A stretch of DNA of 64,000 bases from Oligoflexia bacterium (GCA_963758495.1 CAVWVI010000003.1:1376001-1440000); one strand, 5' to 3'; numbered from the stretch's first letter, positions 9,173 through 19,905 are shown. Numbers and translations: made by a program. The notes: generated by a model from the sequence alone, not told the origin.

Positions 9173-9283
9173 AAGATCTCCATCTTTTCGTAAGGCGAGT
9201 ATTCCATTACCGGAAGAACGTTTAGACTAACGCCCTGCCACTTGCAACTTTTTTCTCTTCGCGTCACGGTTTTTCGCAAAAAT

Positions 9284-10240
9284 TTATTTTAAAAACTCCA
9301 ATAAAGTCGGTTGGATTAATCTTTTTGAGCTTGCCAAGGCGCTTCTAAATACCATCTCCTCCTTACTGAGATCGCTGACTACTTGAGCCATGTCAGCATC
9401 TTCAATGGACGAACTGAGCATTGCATTTGTAATATTATGCCGCTCGAGAGCTTGCTCGGTAGACTGAAGTCCCTGGAGGCGAGATCCCAATTTTGTGCGA
9501 GTAGCAACCAACTTTGAATGCATCTGATCAAAGCGATCTAATGTATTATGAATACTCTCCATGCTTCCCGTCAGGAGAGCGATTCTAAAATTTTGCAATT
9601 CATCAAAAATATTTACATTTTCTATAATATCTTCGTCACTCTCTCTTTGATTCAAATCACTGTAAAGCCCCTGCTCTTGCGACGATAGCTTAGGATGAGT
9701 ATTAAAGGCTTCAACTCCCGGGACATTAAGAGTTAAGAAAACATCATCCGCAATTTCAACCATCATTTGGTGATCGTCGCCTAGGTATTTCCCTTCCGGA
9801 CTCACAGGCGGTTTTTGCGTCTTATAGCCGCCAAAAAGATAACGCTCTCCCACTCTCCTATTTCCGACAGAAACGGCTTGCTTATATAGTTGACCTATCT
9901 CTTCTGAAACACCTAAACGGGTGCTCTCGCTTGAACTGGCTCCACTGGATTGGCTAATTGCTATCTCTTTAGCTCGCAGCACAATATCTACGAACTCCCC
10001 TAAAGCTTGATCCGTATTATTTAAAAAAGTCTCCGCTATCTTTGCATTATACTGATACTGGTCATTTTTTATTTTATCCGTTCTGAGCTCCAAAACTTTA
10101 GCTGCACCTACTGGATCATCCGAGGGTTGATTCAGTTTTTTCATAGTTGCTGATTGTTGTTGCAACTCTTCCATTCGACCTCGACTTCGATTGATATTGT
10201 CTCGAATCGAATCGTAATTTGAATGTTCAGTTACTCTCAT
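9284..10240 (-). CDS. flgL: flagellar hook-associated protein 3 FlgL
   Basis: PSDDPVGAAK, RYLFGG, C-terminal TLLEFLK; follows flgK. Confidence 0.93.
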   Translation of the reverse strand: MRVTEHSNYDSIRDNINRSRGRMEELQQQSATMKKLNQPSDDPVGAAKVLELRTDKIKNDQYQYNAKIAETFLNNTDQALGEFVDIVLRAKEIAISQSSGASSSESTRLGVSEEIGQLYKQAVSVGNRRVGERYLFGGYKTQKPPVSPEGKYLGDDHQMMVEIADDVFLTLNVPGVEAFNTHPKLSSQEQGLYSDLNQRESDEDIIENVNIFDELQNFRIALLTGSMESIHNTLDRFDQMHSKLVATRTKLGSRLQGLQSTEQALERHNITNAMLSSSIEDADMAQVVSDLSKEEMVFRSALASSKRLIQPTLLEFLK

Positions 10241-10250
10241 TTATTTTCCT

Positions 10251-11675
10251 TTAATCTCTTTTCAATGCCATGACCGTTTTCAGCATTTCATCAGCCATCT
10301 GAATTACTTTTGCTGAAGCATCAAAAATATGTTGATACTGTAATAAATTTGCCGTTTCCTCATCAATTGAGACACCCGATATTTGATCACGTACTTTATT
10401 AAGCTGGGTCATAATATCTTTTTGTTGATTTAAGACGAACCGATTTCTAGAACTTGAAACGCCTACGTCACTCACAATCGAGTTATACCACTCATCCATT
10501 GTAAAATTACCGTCGCCCATGCACTTTTCGTTCTGTAATTGAGAAATGGCAATCGCAATCCGATTATCACCTGGAGAGTCTGGAAGTACCGCCGTCGCCA
10601 TATTATTGACGCTCGATTCTATCTCGTCTGAGAGTGAAATAAATTCGGCGGCTCGCTCTTTGTCTGTTAACTGCTGAAAAAAATCAACCGACTGCGCTCC
10701 CTCTGGAGTGACGCCTTGAGAATGAATTTCATTCACTGCCTCTGTCAGAGAATATGCCATATCATCAAGCCGATTAGAAATGGTCGTCAGCGTATGATCC
10801 CGTGCTTCAAGTAATGCGCCTAACTTTCCACCCTGAATCTGATGAGTGATGGTTCCCCGCGCATTTCCAGAGCTTACGACATCAAACGCCCCTTCTTGTT
10901 TACCCTGGCCATCGGCGCCTGTCCGCTCTACTGAGAGGCTCTCAGCGGCTCCTGATGATACCAAAGGCCCAACGCCTTTAATATCAACATTAAAATTGCC
11001 GTGCTTATCTTTATGCATAGTCAAATCCAAATAAGAGGCAAGTTTCTTAAGAGCTAAGTCTCGTTTATCCAAAAGATCATTGGGTTGGCCGCCGGCAATT
11101 TCGCCTTCTCGAATTTTTTCATTGAGTACCGCTATTTCACCCGAAAGAGAATTCATCTCTCTCGTATAACCTTCTATTTTTGCGTCAATGTGCCGACGAA
11201 TCTCTTCTACTTCGCTGTGGAGTCGATGAAAATCATTTACCATGGACTTGGTAGCCTCTCGAACCGACTCACGACCGGCTGGGCTTTCAGGCTCTTGAGC
11301 TAGTTTTCTAAACTCATTGAAAAATCTCGAAACCAGACGATTTAAGCCATCCCCATTCATTTCATTAAAAGTATCTTCGACCTGCTTGAGAATAAGGTCT
11401 TTTTCTTCATGATGGGCAAGCTCACGTTGAGAGTTTCTAATTTGTTTTTCTATATATTCATCATTTACTCTCTCGACTCTAGCTACCTTGGTACCGAAAC
11501 CAACTGCGTTTTTTCCCCATCGCCCGAGCATAGGATCACAGTTTTCCGTAATCACCCGCTGCCGTGAATACCCCTCCGTATTGGCATTAGTAATATTATG
11601 CCCCGTGGTGGCAATAGCAGTCTTTGCTGCAGTTAAGCCGGAATGGCCAATAGTCATGATATTCGGAATTGCCAC
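10251..11675 (-). CDS. flgK: flagellar hook-associated protein 1 FlgK
   Basis: GHNITNANTEGYSRQR, PNDLLDKRD, SGVSIDEE. Confidence 0.95.
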   Translation of the reverse strand: MAIPNIMTIGHSGLTAAKTAIATTGHNITNANTEGYSRQRVITENCDPMLGRWGKNAVGFGTKVARVERVNDEYIEKQIRNSQRELAHHEEKDLILKQVEDTFNEMNGDGLNRLVSRFFNEFRKLAQEPESPAGRESVREATKSMVNDFHRLHSEVEEIRRHIDAKIEGYTREMNSLSGEIAVLNEKIREGEIAGGQPNDLLDKRDLALKKLASYLDLTMHKDKHGNFNVDIKGVGPLVSSGAAESLSVERTGADGQGKQEGAFDVVSSGNARGTITHQIQGGKLGALLEARDHTLTTISNRLDDMAYSLTEAVNEIHSQGVTPEGAQSVDFFQQLTDKERAAEFISLSDEIESSVNNMATAVLPDSPGDNRIAIAISQLQNEKCMGDGNFTMDEWYNSIVSDVGVSSSRNRFVLNQQKDIMTQLNKVRDQISGVSIDEETANLLQYQHIFDASAKVIQMADEMLKTVMALKRD

Positions 11676-11682
11676 GGATCTC

Positions 11683-12195
11683 CTATGCCTCCTTGGAAAT
11701 CAGCCTAGATGCAGATGGCCCATTAGCCTTCTGCCCTCGCTGGGTATAAGTGTTTGATTTGGGAGTGGCTTCCTCCAAAATATTTTTTTTCATTTGATCA
11801 ACATGACAAAGAGATTGTTCAACCAAAGCAAGATTATCCCTATTTTGCGCTGATATCCTTTGAATGAGAATCGTCAAAGCATTGAATATACTTCTTAATT
11901 GAGCGGCACTTTTTACATCACTATTTTCAATTTCGATAATAATATAAGGCAAAGTGAGATCGCGACATGGCTTTTTCCACAAAAGTGCCAGCTCCATTGT
12001 TAATTTTAAACGCATTGATTCGGTTTGATGAATTTCCTCAATAAGCGTTTGCTTCGAGTTCGTCACCGCTTCAATAGCCTTAAGATCGGCTTGCACGAGG
12101 GATTCACGTTCGAGTCGCACCACGTCTAAAAGCTGGCGATGCAATCCCGTGAGTTTTTGTAAAACTTGGTAAATCTGACTTACACTATTTTCCAC
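11683..12195 (-). CDS. flgN: flagellar export chaperone FlgN
   Basis: Helical ~170-aa protein between flgM and flgK with C-terminal TYTQRG. Confidence 0.8.
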   Translation of the reverse strand: MENSVSQIYQVLQKLTGLHRQLLDVVRLERESLVQADLKAIEAVTNSKQTLIEEIHQTESMRLKLTMELALLWKKPCRDLTLPYIIIEIENSDVKSAAQLRSIFNALTILIQRISAQNRDNLALVEQSLCHVDQMKKNILEEATPKSNTYTQRGQKANGPSASRLISKEA

Positions 12196-12279
12196 GTCGC
12201 AATCCTCCTGATTGCTCCGGGCTATTTACCGCAATATCCGTAATTTCCTTCTTTAAATCCTTTTAAAGAGAAATTACTT

Positions 12280-12306
12280 CTATCGGCTGAACCGAGCCCT
12301 AACTGA
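12280..12306 (-). promoter_or_regulatory. putative sigma-28 promoter upstream of flgN-flgK-flgL
   Basis: TCAG-N15-GCCGATAG on the minus strand, the expected position for late flagellar genes. Confidence 0.55.
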
Positions 12307-12648
12307 TCAGCCAATACCTGACATTCTTAAATGATCATCTACTAATCGGTCTGCAATAGATTCGCCATCTATTTTATAAGTCCCATCAGCAATCTTTCGT
12401 TTAAGATCTGCTACACGATCTTCTCTCACATCGGGAGTTTCTGATGCTAATGCTTTAGCTTGTGCAAATTCTTTACTTTTAGATGAGATCTCTGTTTTAG
12501 CCCCTGAATAGATATCCCTATCAACACCTGCTGGAGATGCCTTCTCTGATTGTTTTGCTTCATGAGTAGCTGCTGCACGCCCACTGTGCTTGGCGCCGGA
12601 AGCTTCTCCGCTTGGAATTGGATTATTTCCCGGATGATTCACCTTCAT
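12307..12648 (-). CDS. flgM: anti-sigma-28 factor FlgM
   Basis: PDVREDRVADLKRKIADGTYKIDGESIADRL. Confidence 0.92.
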   Translation of the reverse strand: MKVNHPGNNPIPSGEASGAKHSGRAAATHEAKQSEKASPAGVDRDIYSGAKTEISSKSKEFAQAKALASETPDVREDRVADLKRKIADGTYKIDGESIADRLVDDHLRMSGIG

Positions 12649-13055
12649 GGCTTCTCCTTAGTTGGGACTCCATGCCCCTGAGATAAATTATATCCCTGAG
12701 TTCCTAGATAAGCAATCACCTGATCTGCCAAACCGATCCCTCCATGATGGGCTGCTTGTTCGGCATATTCAGAATCCATCATTCCCCTGTAGATTTCCGT
12801 AGCAGGGGATTCTAAATCCAACTCATTCTTAGGCACTGTTTGCCGCATCACTTTCAACATGTAATCAATAAACATCGTTTCGAGACCTTCTGCGGCCTTT
12901 AAAACTTCTGGAGCAACCTTGGATTTATCAATATTTGGAACTACTTTTGCCGGTGTAGTAGGTGCAGACTGAGCATCCCTACCCCAGTCAAGTCGATCTC
13001 TCAATGAAGGTGAGGGAGAAAAGGATGGCCCACCAAAACCGATGGATTTTGTCAT
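12645..13055 (-). CDS. flgJ: single-domain rod-binding FlgJ-like protein
   Basis: AAEGLETMF..MLKVMRQTV...MMDSEYA...GIGLAD; no muramidase domain. Confidence 0.85.
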   Translation of the reverse strand: MTKSIGFGGPSFSPSPSLRDRLDWGRDAQSAPTTPAKVVPNIDKSKVAPEVLKAAEGLETMFIDYMLKVMRQTVPKNELDLESPATEIYRGMMDSEYAEQAAHHGGIGLADQVIAYLGTQGYNLSQGHGVPTKEKP

Positions 13056-13279
13056 CTTTCCCCCCTCTGTCGCAGTTTCAATCCTCGGTCGCCATTCTCA
13101 GCTTCCATGCTGATTTGGGCTGAATCAAGACGAATTAGACCTACCATCCTAGCGGGCCGTTGTTCCTGTCCTGTTTCCTGGATTGAGTCACAATTAAGTG
13201 ACTCTTTTTGTTTGCCTCTTGCATCTTCCCTAATGCTTGGGCGTCCGAGCTGCTTCCTACGACAATTTGATAAACTCAC
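13052..13279 (-). CDS. small hypothetical ORF coupled to flgI and flgJ
   Basis: GTGA overlap with the flgI stop and ATGA overlap with the flgJ start. No recognisable motif. Confidence 0.3.
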   Translation of the reverse strand: MSLSNCRRKQLGRPSIREDARGKQKESLNCDSIQETGQEQRPARMVGLIRLDSAQISMEAENGDRGLKLRQRGER

Positions 13280-14364
13280 ATCACCACCAGTTCGGCCTGA
13301 AGTGCACCGACTTCCTTAAGAGTCTGAAAAATCGCGGTGAGATCTTTTGATTGTACTCCTAGTGTATTCAATGCTTTCACTAAATCAGAAACACTTGTGC
13401 CTGATTTTATTTCTGCAACACGTTCAGGCTTTGCACCTTTGGGTGCACCTTTAATCTCTATTGCTAAATCTCCATGTGATATCGCAACGGGGGTAATTCC
13501 AATATGTTCCCCCATTACGACAGTACCTGTCCGTTCATTCAGAACAACTCGGGCTTTAGAATCCTCGTTAATATTTATATTCTCAAGTAGTGCAAGGAGT
13601 TCAACAGAATTACCTTCATAATTGAAAGGCACTACAACATCTACCGTTCCACTATCACGTGCCCTTGCATATTTTCCCCCAAGTTCGCCATTAATGACCG
13701 CTGCAACTCGGGCTGCAGTTGTAAAATCAGAATGATGTAATGCGAGTCTAAAATTCTTTTTACTTGCAAAATTGAAGTCAAAGTCTTTTTCAATCGTCGC
13801 ACCTGAAACTACTCTACCCATTGTAGGGAAATTTTTTGATGATCCATCAGCAACACTCCCAATACTCACAGGACCTTGCGCAACAGCATAGACGTTCTGA
13901 TCTCCGGCTCGAAGAGGAGTTACCAGCAACATCCCACCTTCCAAACTCGCTGCATCTCCAATAGAGCTAGCAGTCACATCTAGCTGATTTCCAACTCTAG
14001 CAAAGGGGGGAAGTTTTGCTGTCACAATGACTGCTGCAGCATTTTTAGATTTTACATTGGCATTACTCTGTATATCTAAACCTAATTTTGTAAATAAACG
14101 AGTAAGAGACTGACTCGTAATATCCGTACTGGAATCACCGGTTCCTTTTAAACCTACGACAATTCCATAACCAATCAAAATATTTTCTCGAACCCCTTTG
14201 ACCGTAGCTAAGTCCTTTAATCTCGCGGCTTCGCTCGTTTTTGGCAAAAAAACGGTAAATAAAACGACAGCGATAAAAATAATGACGATACTGATTTCTC
14301 TAATGTGCGACTTCGACACGATATTCATATATTTTTCCTGAATTAATAGCACCCGTATCATCAT
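13276..14364 (-). CDS. flgI: flagellar P-ring protein FlgI
   Basis: ARLKDL...GVRENILIGYGIVVGLKGTGD, NERTGTVV, GALQAEL. Confidence 0.96.
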   Translation of the reverse strand: MMIRVLLIQEKYMNIVSKSHIREISIVIIFIAVVLFTVFLPKTSEAARLKDLATVKGVRENILIGYGIVVGLKGTGDSSTDITSQSLTRLFTKLGLDIQSNANVKSKNAAAVIVTAKLPPFARVGNQLDVTASSIGDAASLEGGMLLVTPLRAGDQNVYAVAQGPVSIGSVADGSSKNFPTMGRVVSGATIEKDFDFNFASKKNFRLALHHSDFTTAARVAAVINGELGGKYARARDSGTVDVVVPFNYEGNSVELLALLENININEDSKARVVLNERTGTVVMGEHIGITPVAISHGDLAIEIKGAPKGAKPERVAEIKSGTSVSDLVKALNTLGVQSKDLTAIFQTLKEVGALQAELVVM

Positions 14365-15235
14365 TAATATCTGCTGGCCTCACTATACCCACAACACTAA
14401 TCGTTCTCGGCGGACCTTGTTTATATGCGATACGTTTAGTTGTTTTAATTTTGTAATTTCCATTTGAAAATCGCTCTAAAATTTCGCCCATCATCACGTC
14501 ACCTACTTTCAAAGAAATGGATGGATAAATATCAACTTCAGAAAAATTAACTTGAGTCATGGCCACTTTTCCCGTTTTTTCAACTATTCCTTTTTCAACT
14601 GTTCGAGGAGGAGTTGGCGCAGAACCTGGAGGAGTCAAAACAGGAGGCGCCCCTGTATCTGGAAGGGAAGGGGTCTTCTCTGGTGAGGCAGCTGAACTTA
14701 AAAGGTGATCTTTTGCACTACGTTGATCTCTGAGTAAAACGAGCTCTCTCGCTTTTTCTCTAGGAGAGAGCATGCGCTTTATTTCCGAACCAATATCGAG
14801 AAATAAATCATTTTCAATAGTTACACTAATCAGCTCTCCAGCAATACGAATTTTATTTTTAGTAAAATAATAATTTGTTTGTCCAGTAGAGGCCCACAAA
14901 GAGCCCTCTTCCTGAGATTGATCAATAAAATCATCTTTCGTAGCGCGCATGCCATTTTTATAAATTCTTTTTTTCTCAGGTTGCATCATGGAGTTCGTCG
15001 AACTAGAAATAGACGGTGTCTCGGGAATCATAGTTACTCCTGCGCGACTTCTTCCTGTTGAAGTTGGTTTTATTGAACCCATCTCTTCTTCATCAAAATT
15101 ATTTCTTTCGAGAGTGGAATTTTCATCGGAACCTTCTTGCTCTGGTTTCAGATTCTTAAATAGCTTTCCACACCCAGTTGAAATAAGAATCACCGTCGTT
15201 AAAACTAAGATCATACCTGAATAAAGCTCTCTCAA
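14300..15235 (-). CDS. flgH: flagellar L-ring lipoprotein FlgH (long, with Pro-rich insertion)
   Basis: Lipobox STGC, GSLW, NGNYKI, GIVRPADI; lies between flgA and flgI. Confidence 0.85.
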   Translation of the reverse strand: MRELYSGMILVLTTVILISTGCGKLFKNLKPEQEGSDENSTLERNNFDEEEMGSIKPTSTGRSRAGVTMIPETPSISSSTNSMMQPEKKRIYKNGMRATKDDFIDQSQEEGSLWASTGQTNYYFTKNKIRIAGELISVTIENDLFLDIGSEIKRMLSPREKARELVLLRDQRSAKDHLLSSAASPEKTPSLPDTGAPPVLTPPGSAPTPPRTVEKGIVEKTGKVAMTQVNFSEVDIYPSISLKVGDVMMGEILERFSNGNYKIKTTKRIAYKQGPPRTISVVGIVRPADINDDTGAINSGKIYEYRVEVAH

Positions 15236-15984
15236 AGCCGCACCTCTACAATTCCACCACTACGTAATTGCCCGGAAAACTCTCGTTTATTTTTATTTGT
15301 CATGACTCTAATTTGACGTTTTAAATACCCCGGCTCCTCTGCAACACCCAAGGTACTCAACGTAAGTCCTCCAGAAACTAAATGGATACGAACAGAGTCT
15401 CCTCTTCGGATATCTGGAATACGCCTGGCCGCCGTACTCAGAAGAAATTGCCCTTCTAAGATCGTCTGATTTGCCTCTAAGCCATTCACATCCATATGAG
15501 CTGGCAGCATGAGTCCTCTATACTCATAGGCTTGGCCATTTGCGACATTAACTGGCTGAGTTATAAATTGATCAGAACTCAAAACTTCTCCAGGATGAAT
15601 TCTTCGCAACGAAATTTTGGCAGGCATCCATGCAGCAAAACTGATCCACACTTCACTATAATTCGTGGAATTTCCAGAATCTCTAGAAAATCCATCCAGT
15701 GTAAGTGAGAAATGTGCATTGCCTTTACCATCAGTATCTAAAAAAGTAACTGCATTGATCTCTTGATTTAGCCCTCTCTCCGCCCCTCTCAAAGGACCTA
15801 TTAAATCTACTTTTGCATTTCCGAAATTTTTAGAAATTTCCTTCTTTAAAATAAAATTCAAATCAGTCCTTAGGTCCATTCCAAATGACAAGTTTAAAAA
15901 TAACAAGTATTGAAAAAATAAAAAAGTGAAAGTTAAATTGATGGCTTGTCGCCAGTGGCTTGAAAGTTTCCCCTTATTTAACAT
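15232..15984 (-). CDS. flgA: P-ring formation chaperone FlgA
   Basis: IRRGDSVRI...GVAEEPG...IRVMT SAF/FlgA C-terminus; operon position. Confidence 0.85.
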   Translation of the reverse strand: MLNKGKLSSHWRQAINLTFTFLFFQYLLFLNLSFGMDLRTDLNFILKKEISKNFGNAKVDLIGPLRGAERGLNQEINAVTFLDTDGKGNAHFSLTLDGFSRDSGNSTNYSEVWISFAAWMPAKISLRRIHPGEVLSSDQFITQPVNVANGQAYEYRGLMLPAHMDVNGLEANQTILEGQFLLSTAARRIPDIRRGDSVRIHLVSGGLTLSTLGVAEEPGYLKRQIRVMTNKNKREFSGQLRSGGIVEVRL

Positions 15985-16756
15985 TTACCGTCGCTCCCAG
16001 CATCTGATCCGCAACTCCCATTACTTTTGTTCCCATTTCATAAGCGCGTTGAGTCGTAATCATGTCCACCATGCTATTGGCAACATTCACATTTGAGCCT
16101 TCCAATGCTCCTTGTTGAATTAAGCCCAGCCCATTTTCTCCTGGAATCCCCTGGACTGGAGCACCACTAGACAGCGAAGCTTTATAGAGACTATCTCCCA
16201 TCGCCATTAAGCCTTGTTCATTTTGAAAACCCACTAATTGAATTTGTCCCAAAATCACACTATTACCGCCGGGCATCAAAGCAGAGACTTCTCCCGTATG
16301 ATTGACGGTTATATTCAATACATTATTAGGAATTGTAATTTGAGGAACAAGCTTTGCCCCATTAGAAAGCTGAACAATTCCTTGAGAATCAATATGAAAT
16401 GCCCCTGCGCGCGAATACGCCAATTCTCCTTGGGGAGTCGTAACGGGGAAAAACCCAGGGCCTTCAATCATAAAATCAAATGGGTGATAAGTCATTTTAG
16501 CCGGGCCTGGTTCAAAGTTTTTATGGGCTGCACCCACTTTTACTCCCATTCCCACCTGAACACCCACAGGAGTTTGACTTCCAGCACCGAGTGCGCCACC
16601 AGGAGCTTTGATTGTTTCATACATTAAATCGTGAAATTCGGTGTTTGTGCGCTTATAACCATCGGTATTAACGTTTGCGAGATCATTGGCGATATTCGCA
16701 ATTTTGGTTTGCTGCGCCTCAAGACCCGTGGCAGCAGTGGTAAGCGCTCGCATCAT
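15974..16756 (-). CDS. flgG: distal rod protein FlgG
   Basis: ANDLANVNTDGYK, FHDLMYE, LEGSNVN, QRAYE; 260 aa. Confidence 0.93.
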   Translation of the reverse strand: MMRALTTAATGLEAQQTKIANIANDLANVNTDGYKRTNTEFHDLMYETIKAPGGALGAGSQTPVGVQVGMGVKVGAAHKNFEPGPAKMTYHPFDFMIEGPGFFPVTTPQGELAYSRAGAFHIDSQGIVQLSNGAKLVPQITIPNNVLNITVNHTGEVSALMPGGNSVILGQIQLVGFQNEQGLMAMGDSLYKASLSSGAPVQGIPGENGLGLIQQGALEGSNVNVANSMVDMITTQRAYEMGTKVMGVADQMLGATVNVK

Positions 16757-17622
16757 AATTTGCCAACCTCATTTACTTCTTTACCCATTAATTCTCCGTA
16801 AGTTTTGAGAGCTTTCAAATCTTGCTCAAAAAGACGATTTGCCTTAATCATATTGGTCATTTCTTCAATCGGATTCACATTCGAAGTTTCAACCATACCC
16901 TGACGTATTTCTGTATGATTCGGACTTATTTTATTTAGTATATCTTTATTTTCAAAAAGTTGACCTCCAGATTTATTTATTTTCTTGAGATCTTGAAATT
17001 CACTCACACTTAATTTTGCCACTCGCTCATCACCCGCATAAATTTCCCCCTGACTATTTATTGTAAAATGAGCGCCTCTATCCTTGAGATTAATAAATCG
17101 TGCGGCAATATCATCTGATTGTCGACTTGCCAGATTCGTTTTAGCAGAACTGGCATTGCTTGGCATAGCACCTGATATCCCACTTAGTTCAGCGGCAAGT
17201 ACTGGAAACCCTTCTGAGGTGACAAGGCGCCCATCAGAAGCTACTTTAAGACTTCCTTGTCTCGTGTAACGTATTCCATTCGGAGTACTTACTTCAAGAA
17301 AGCCGGGTCCATCCATTGCTACATCAAACTGTGATTGCGTGACACTTAGATTCCCTTGCCTAAAGTTAGTATAGGTTCCGTCCAGAATGACATGAGATTG
17401 ATCGCGCCCATCTAGGGGGTAAAAGTCCTTATCTTTAATCGCACCACGAGGAATATCTAAAGATCCATGGTCTCTTTCAACTGTTGTTAAATATTCTTTA
17501 AACGTCGGTAAGTCTTTTTTAAATGCAGGGGTATCAGAATTAGCTAAATTATTTGCAACGATATCTAGATTTTGAGACTGAACGGAAGCCCCTGCTGCCG
17601 CAGTCCACATTCCTGTAGCCAA
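16753..17622 (-). CDS. flgF: proximal rod protein FlgF
   Basis: ANNLANSDTPAFK, YTRQG, ETSNVNPIEEM; precedes flgG. Confidence 0.88.
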   Translation of the reverse strand: MATGMWTAAAGASVQSQNLDIVANNLANSDTPAFKKDLPTFKEYLTTVERDHGSLDIPRGAIKDKDFYPLDGRDQSHVILDGTYTNFRQGNLSVTQSQFDVAMDGPGFLEVSTPNGIRYTRQGSLKVASDGRLVTSEGFPVLAAELSGISGAMPSNASSAKTNLASRQSDDIAARFINLKDRGAHFTINSQGEIYAGDERVAKLSVSEFQDLKKINKSGGQLFENKDILNKISPNHTEIRQGMVETSNVNPIEEMTNMIKANRLFEQDLKALKTYGELMGKEVNEVGKL

Positions 17623-17654
17623 ATGTTTTCTCTCCTTCTCTAAGCATAACCTTT

Positions 17655-17670
17655 AGCAATCGGCATGCCT
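17655..17670 (-). promoter_or_regulatory. putative sigma-54 promoter of the flgF operon
   Basis: AGGCAT-GCCGA-TTGCT (GG-N10-GC) about 33 nt upstream of the flgF start. Confidence 0.65.
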
Positions 17671-17805
17671 AAATAAAACTTAAATAAAATCGCTTAAAAA
17701 CCTAACCGGATTAGGTATTTTTTTCTACTTAGGTAAAAGTCGCATCTTTGAAGGAAGTTTTTGCCTGTTTGCGAAGTACTTTTTCCATGTTAAGGTCCTG
17801 TCACT

Positions 17806-18669
17806 ATGATTCGACTTCTTGCTAAGCCAGTTGCTGATGCCATCCAAACTGAAATTCGGATACGAACTGGGAATTTCATTCAAAAATATCAAAGAAAACC
17901 CCATCTCTCAGTGGTCTTAGTTGGTCAAGATCCTGCTAGCATGATCTACACTCGTAAAAAGGGCGAAGCAGCAATCGCTTTGGGCATGGATCATCAAACC
18001 ATTACTCTCCCTCAAGATACCACCCCCACTGAAGTCAAATCCGTTATAGACTTACTTAATCTGGATCCGAAGGTAGATGGCATTTTAATACAAAGACCCC
18101 TGCCTCATGGCTTTAAAGAAGAGGAAGTTTTATACTGGGTTGCTCCTGAAAAGGATGTGGATGCCTTTCACCCTGTAAATGCCGGAAGACTTTTTTTAGG
18201 ATTACCGTCATTTCAACCCTGCACACCCGCTGGAATCATGGCGCTCCTTAAATATTATAAAATTAATCCTGCAAGTAAAACTGCATGCGTCGTGGGTCGA
18301 AGCTCAATCGTAGGAAAACCGATGTCTGCCCTTCTTCTGCAGGCTGATGCAACAGTGTTACAATGCCATAGTAAAACTCCTGAATTACGAAACTTCACAC
18401 GACAAGCAGAGATTTTGATTGTCGCTGCTGGGAAAATGGGCCTGATTGATCAAACGTATATCCGAAAAGGTGCCATCGTAATTGACGTTGGAATGCATAG
18501 AAATTCAGAGGGAAAGGTAGTCGGAGACGTTCAATATGAAAGCGTCGCAGAAATCGCTTCAGCTATAACGCCTGTTCCGGGTGGTGTGGGGCCTATGACC
18601 ATTGCCATTCTTATGCAAAATACAATAGTGTCAGCTGAACGAAAAGAAAGTGAATCATCCTCTCCCTGA
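17806..18669 (+). CDS. folD: bifunctional methylene-THF dehydrogenase/cyclohydrolase
   Basis: KDVDAFHP, PCTPAG, VGRSSIVGKP, TPVPGGVGPMT. Confidence 0.97.
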   Translation: MIRLLAKPVADAIQTEIRIRTGNFIQKYQRKPHLSVVLVGQDPASMIYTRKKGEAAIALGMDHQTITLPQDTTPTEVKSVIDLLNLDPKVDGILIQRPLPHGFKEEEVLYWVAPEKDVDAFHPVNAGRLFLGLPSFQPCTPAGIMALLKYYKINPASKTACVVGRSSIVGKPMSALLLQADATVLQCHSKTPELRNFTRQAEILIVAAGKMGLIDQTYIRKGAIVIDVGMHRNSEGKVVGDVQYESVAEIASAITPVPGGVGPMTIAILMQNTIVSAERKESESSSP

Positions 18670-18749
18670 AGAACTTTTTAAAGAAGAACTTTTTTAAAGT
18701 TGAGGAGCCAGACCTAGACACAAGCCTTCCCCAGGTGTAGATACATTTT

Positions 18750-19865
18750 ATGTTGAAGAGAACTGCCTTGTTTGAAGAACATCAACGTCTTGGGGGCCGA
18801 CTGATTGATTTTGGAGGATGGGAATTACCTGTCCAATATTCAGGCGTGATGGATGAACATCTTGCTTGCCGAGCTACCGCCGGCCTATTCGATGTCAGTC
18901 ATATGGGAGAAGTTCACATCGAAGGAGCGGATGCCGAAAATTACCTGAATTTCTTAGTGACCAATGATGTTTCTCGGCTTGCTATCGGCCAAGCGCAATA
19001 CACCGCAATGTGCCATGAAACGGGAGGGATCGTTGACGACCTCGTTATTTACCGTCGTGCATCAGATCGGTTCTTAGTCGTAGTCAATGCGAGCAACACA
19101 GATAAAGACTACCGCCACATGAGCTTAGTTCAACAGCAGTTCCAATCTAAATGGAAAGATCTAAGGATTTCCAACGAGAGCCCGAATTACACTCAGATTG
19201 CGATCCAAGGTCGGCAAGCTGAAGCCATTTTGAGCAAAATAACAAGAGTCTCACTCAATTCTATGCGGACTTATTGGTTTGCAGAAGGTACAGTTTTAAA
19301 CGACATTCAAGCACTATTAGGCAGGACGGGCTATACTGGCGAAGATGGCTTTGAAATTTATATTCCATGGGAAAGGGGTCCGGCTGTTTGGCGAGCGCTT
19401 CTTGAAGCAGGATCACCCTTAGGGCTCAAACCGTGTGGCCTCGGAGCGCGAGATACTTTGCGTTTAGAAATGAAGTACCCCCTTTATGGAAATGAACTCT
19501 CCGACGAAACTCACCCCCTCATTGCCGGTTTAGGCTGGGTTACTAAACTGAATAAAGGTGACTTTATCGGCCGCAGTTCCATCCTACAAGCTAAAGAAAA
19601 GGGAATGAATCGACAACTCATAGGAATTAAGCTTCTCGATCGCGGTATCCCTCGTCATGGATATGAACTATTCGATTCAGAAGGAATTCAGCGAATTGGA
19701 GAAGTGACCAGCGGAACTCAATCTCCTTCACTCAAACAAGCCATCGGAATTGGCTACGTAGATCTTGCGCATAGCGCAATCGGCTCCAGACTTACGGTAG
19801 ATATTCGCGGCGTCAAGACTCCAGCCGAAGTCGTGCCCACCCCCTTTTATAAAAAACCTTATTAA
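18750..19865 (+). CDS. gcvT: glycine cleavage T protein
   Basis: FDVSHMG, RTGYTGEDGFE, GLGARDTLRLE. Confidence 0.97.
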   Translation: MLKRTALFEEHQRLGGRLIDFGGWELPVQYSGVMDEHLACRATAGLFDVSHMGEVHIEGADAENYLNFLVTNDVSRLAIGQAQYTAMCHETGGIVDDLVIYRRASDRFLVVVNASNTDKDYRHMSLVQQQFQSKWKDLRISNESPNYTQIAIQGRQAEAILSKITRVSLNSMRTYWFAEGTVLNDIQALLGRTGYTGEDGFEIYIPWERGPAVWRALLEAGSPLGLKPCGLGARDTLRLEMKYPLYGNELSDETHPLIAGLGWVTKLNKGDFIGRSSILQAKEKGMNRQLIGIKLLDRGIPRHGYELFDSEGIQRIGEVTSGTQSPSLKQAIGIGYVDLAHSAIGSRLTVDIRGVKTPAEVVPTPFYKKPY

Positions 19866-19905
19866 CGAATGACTATCCAAAATGAATATCCTATGAGGAG
19901 GATTT

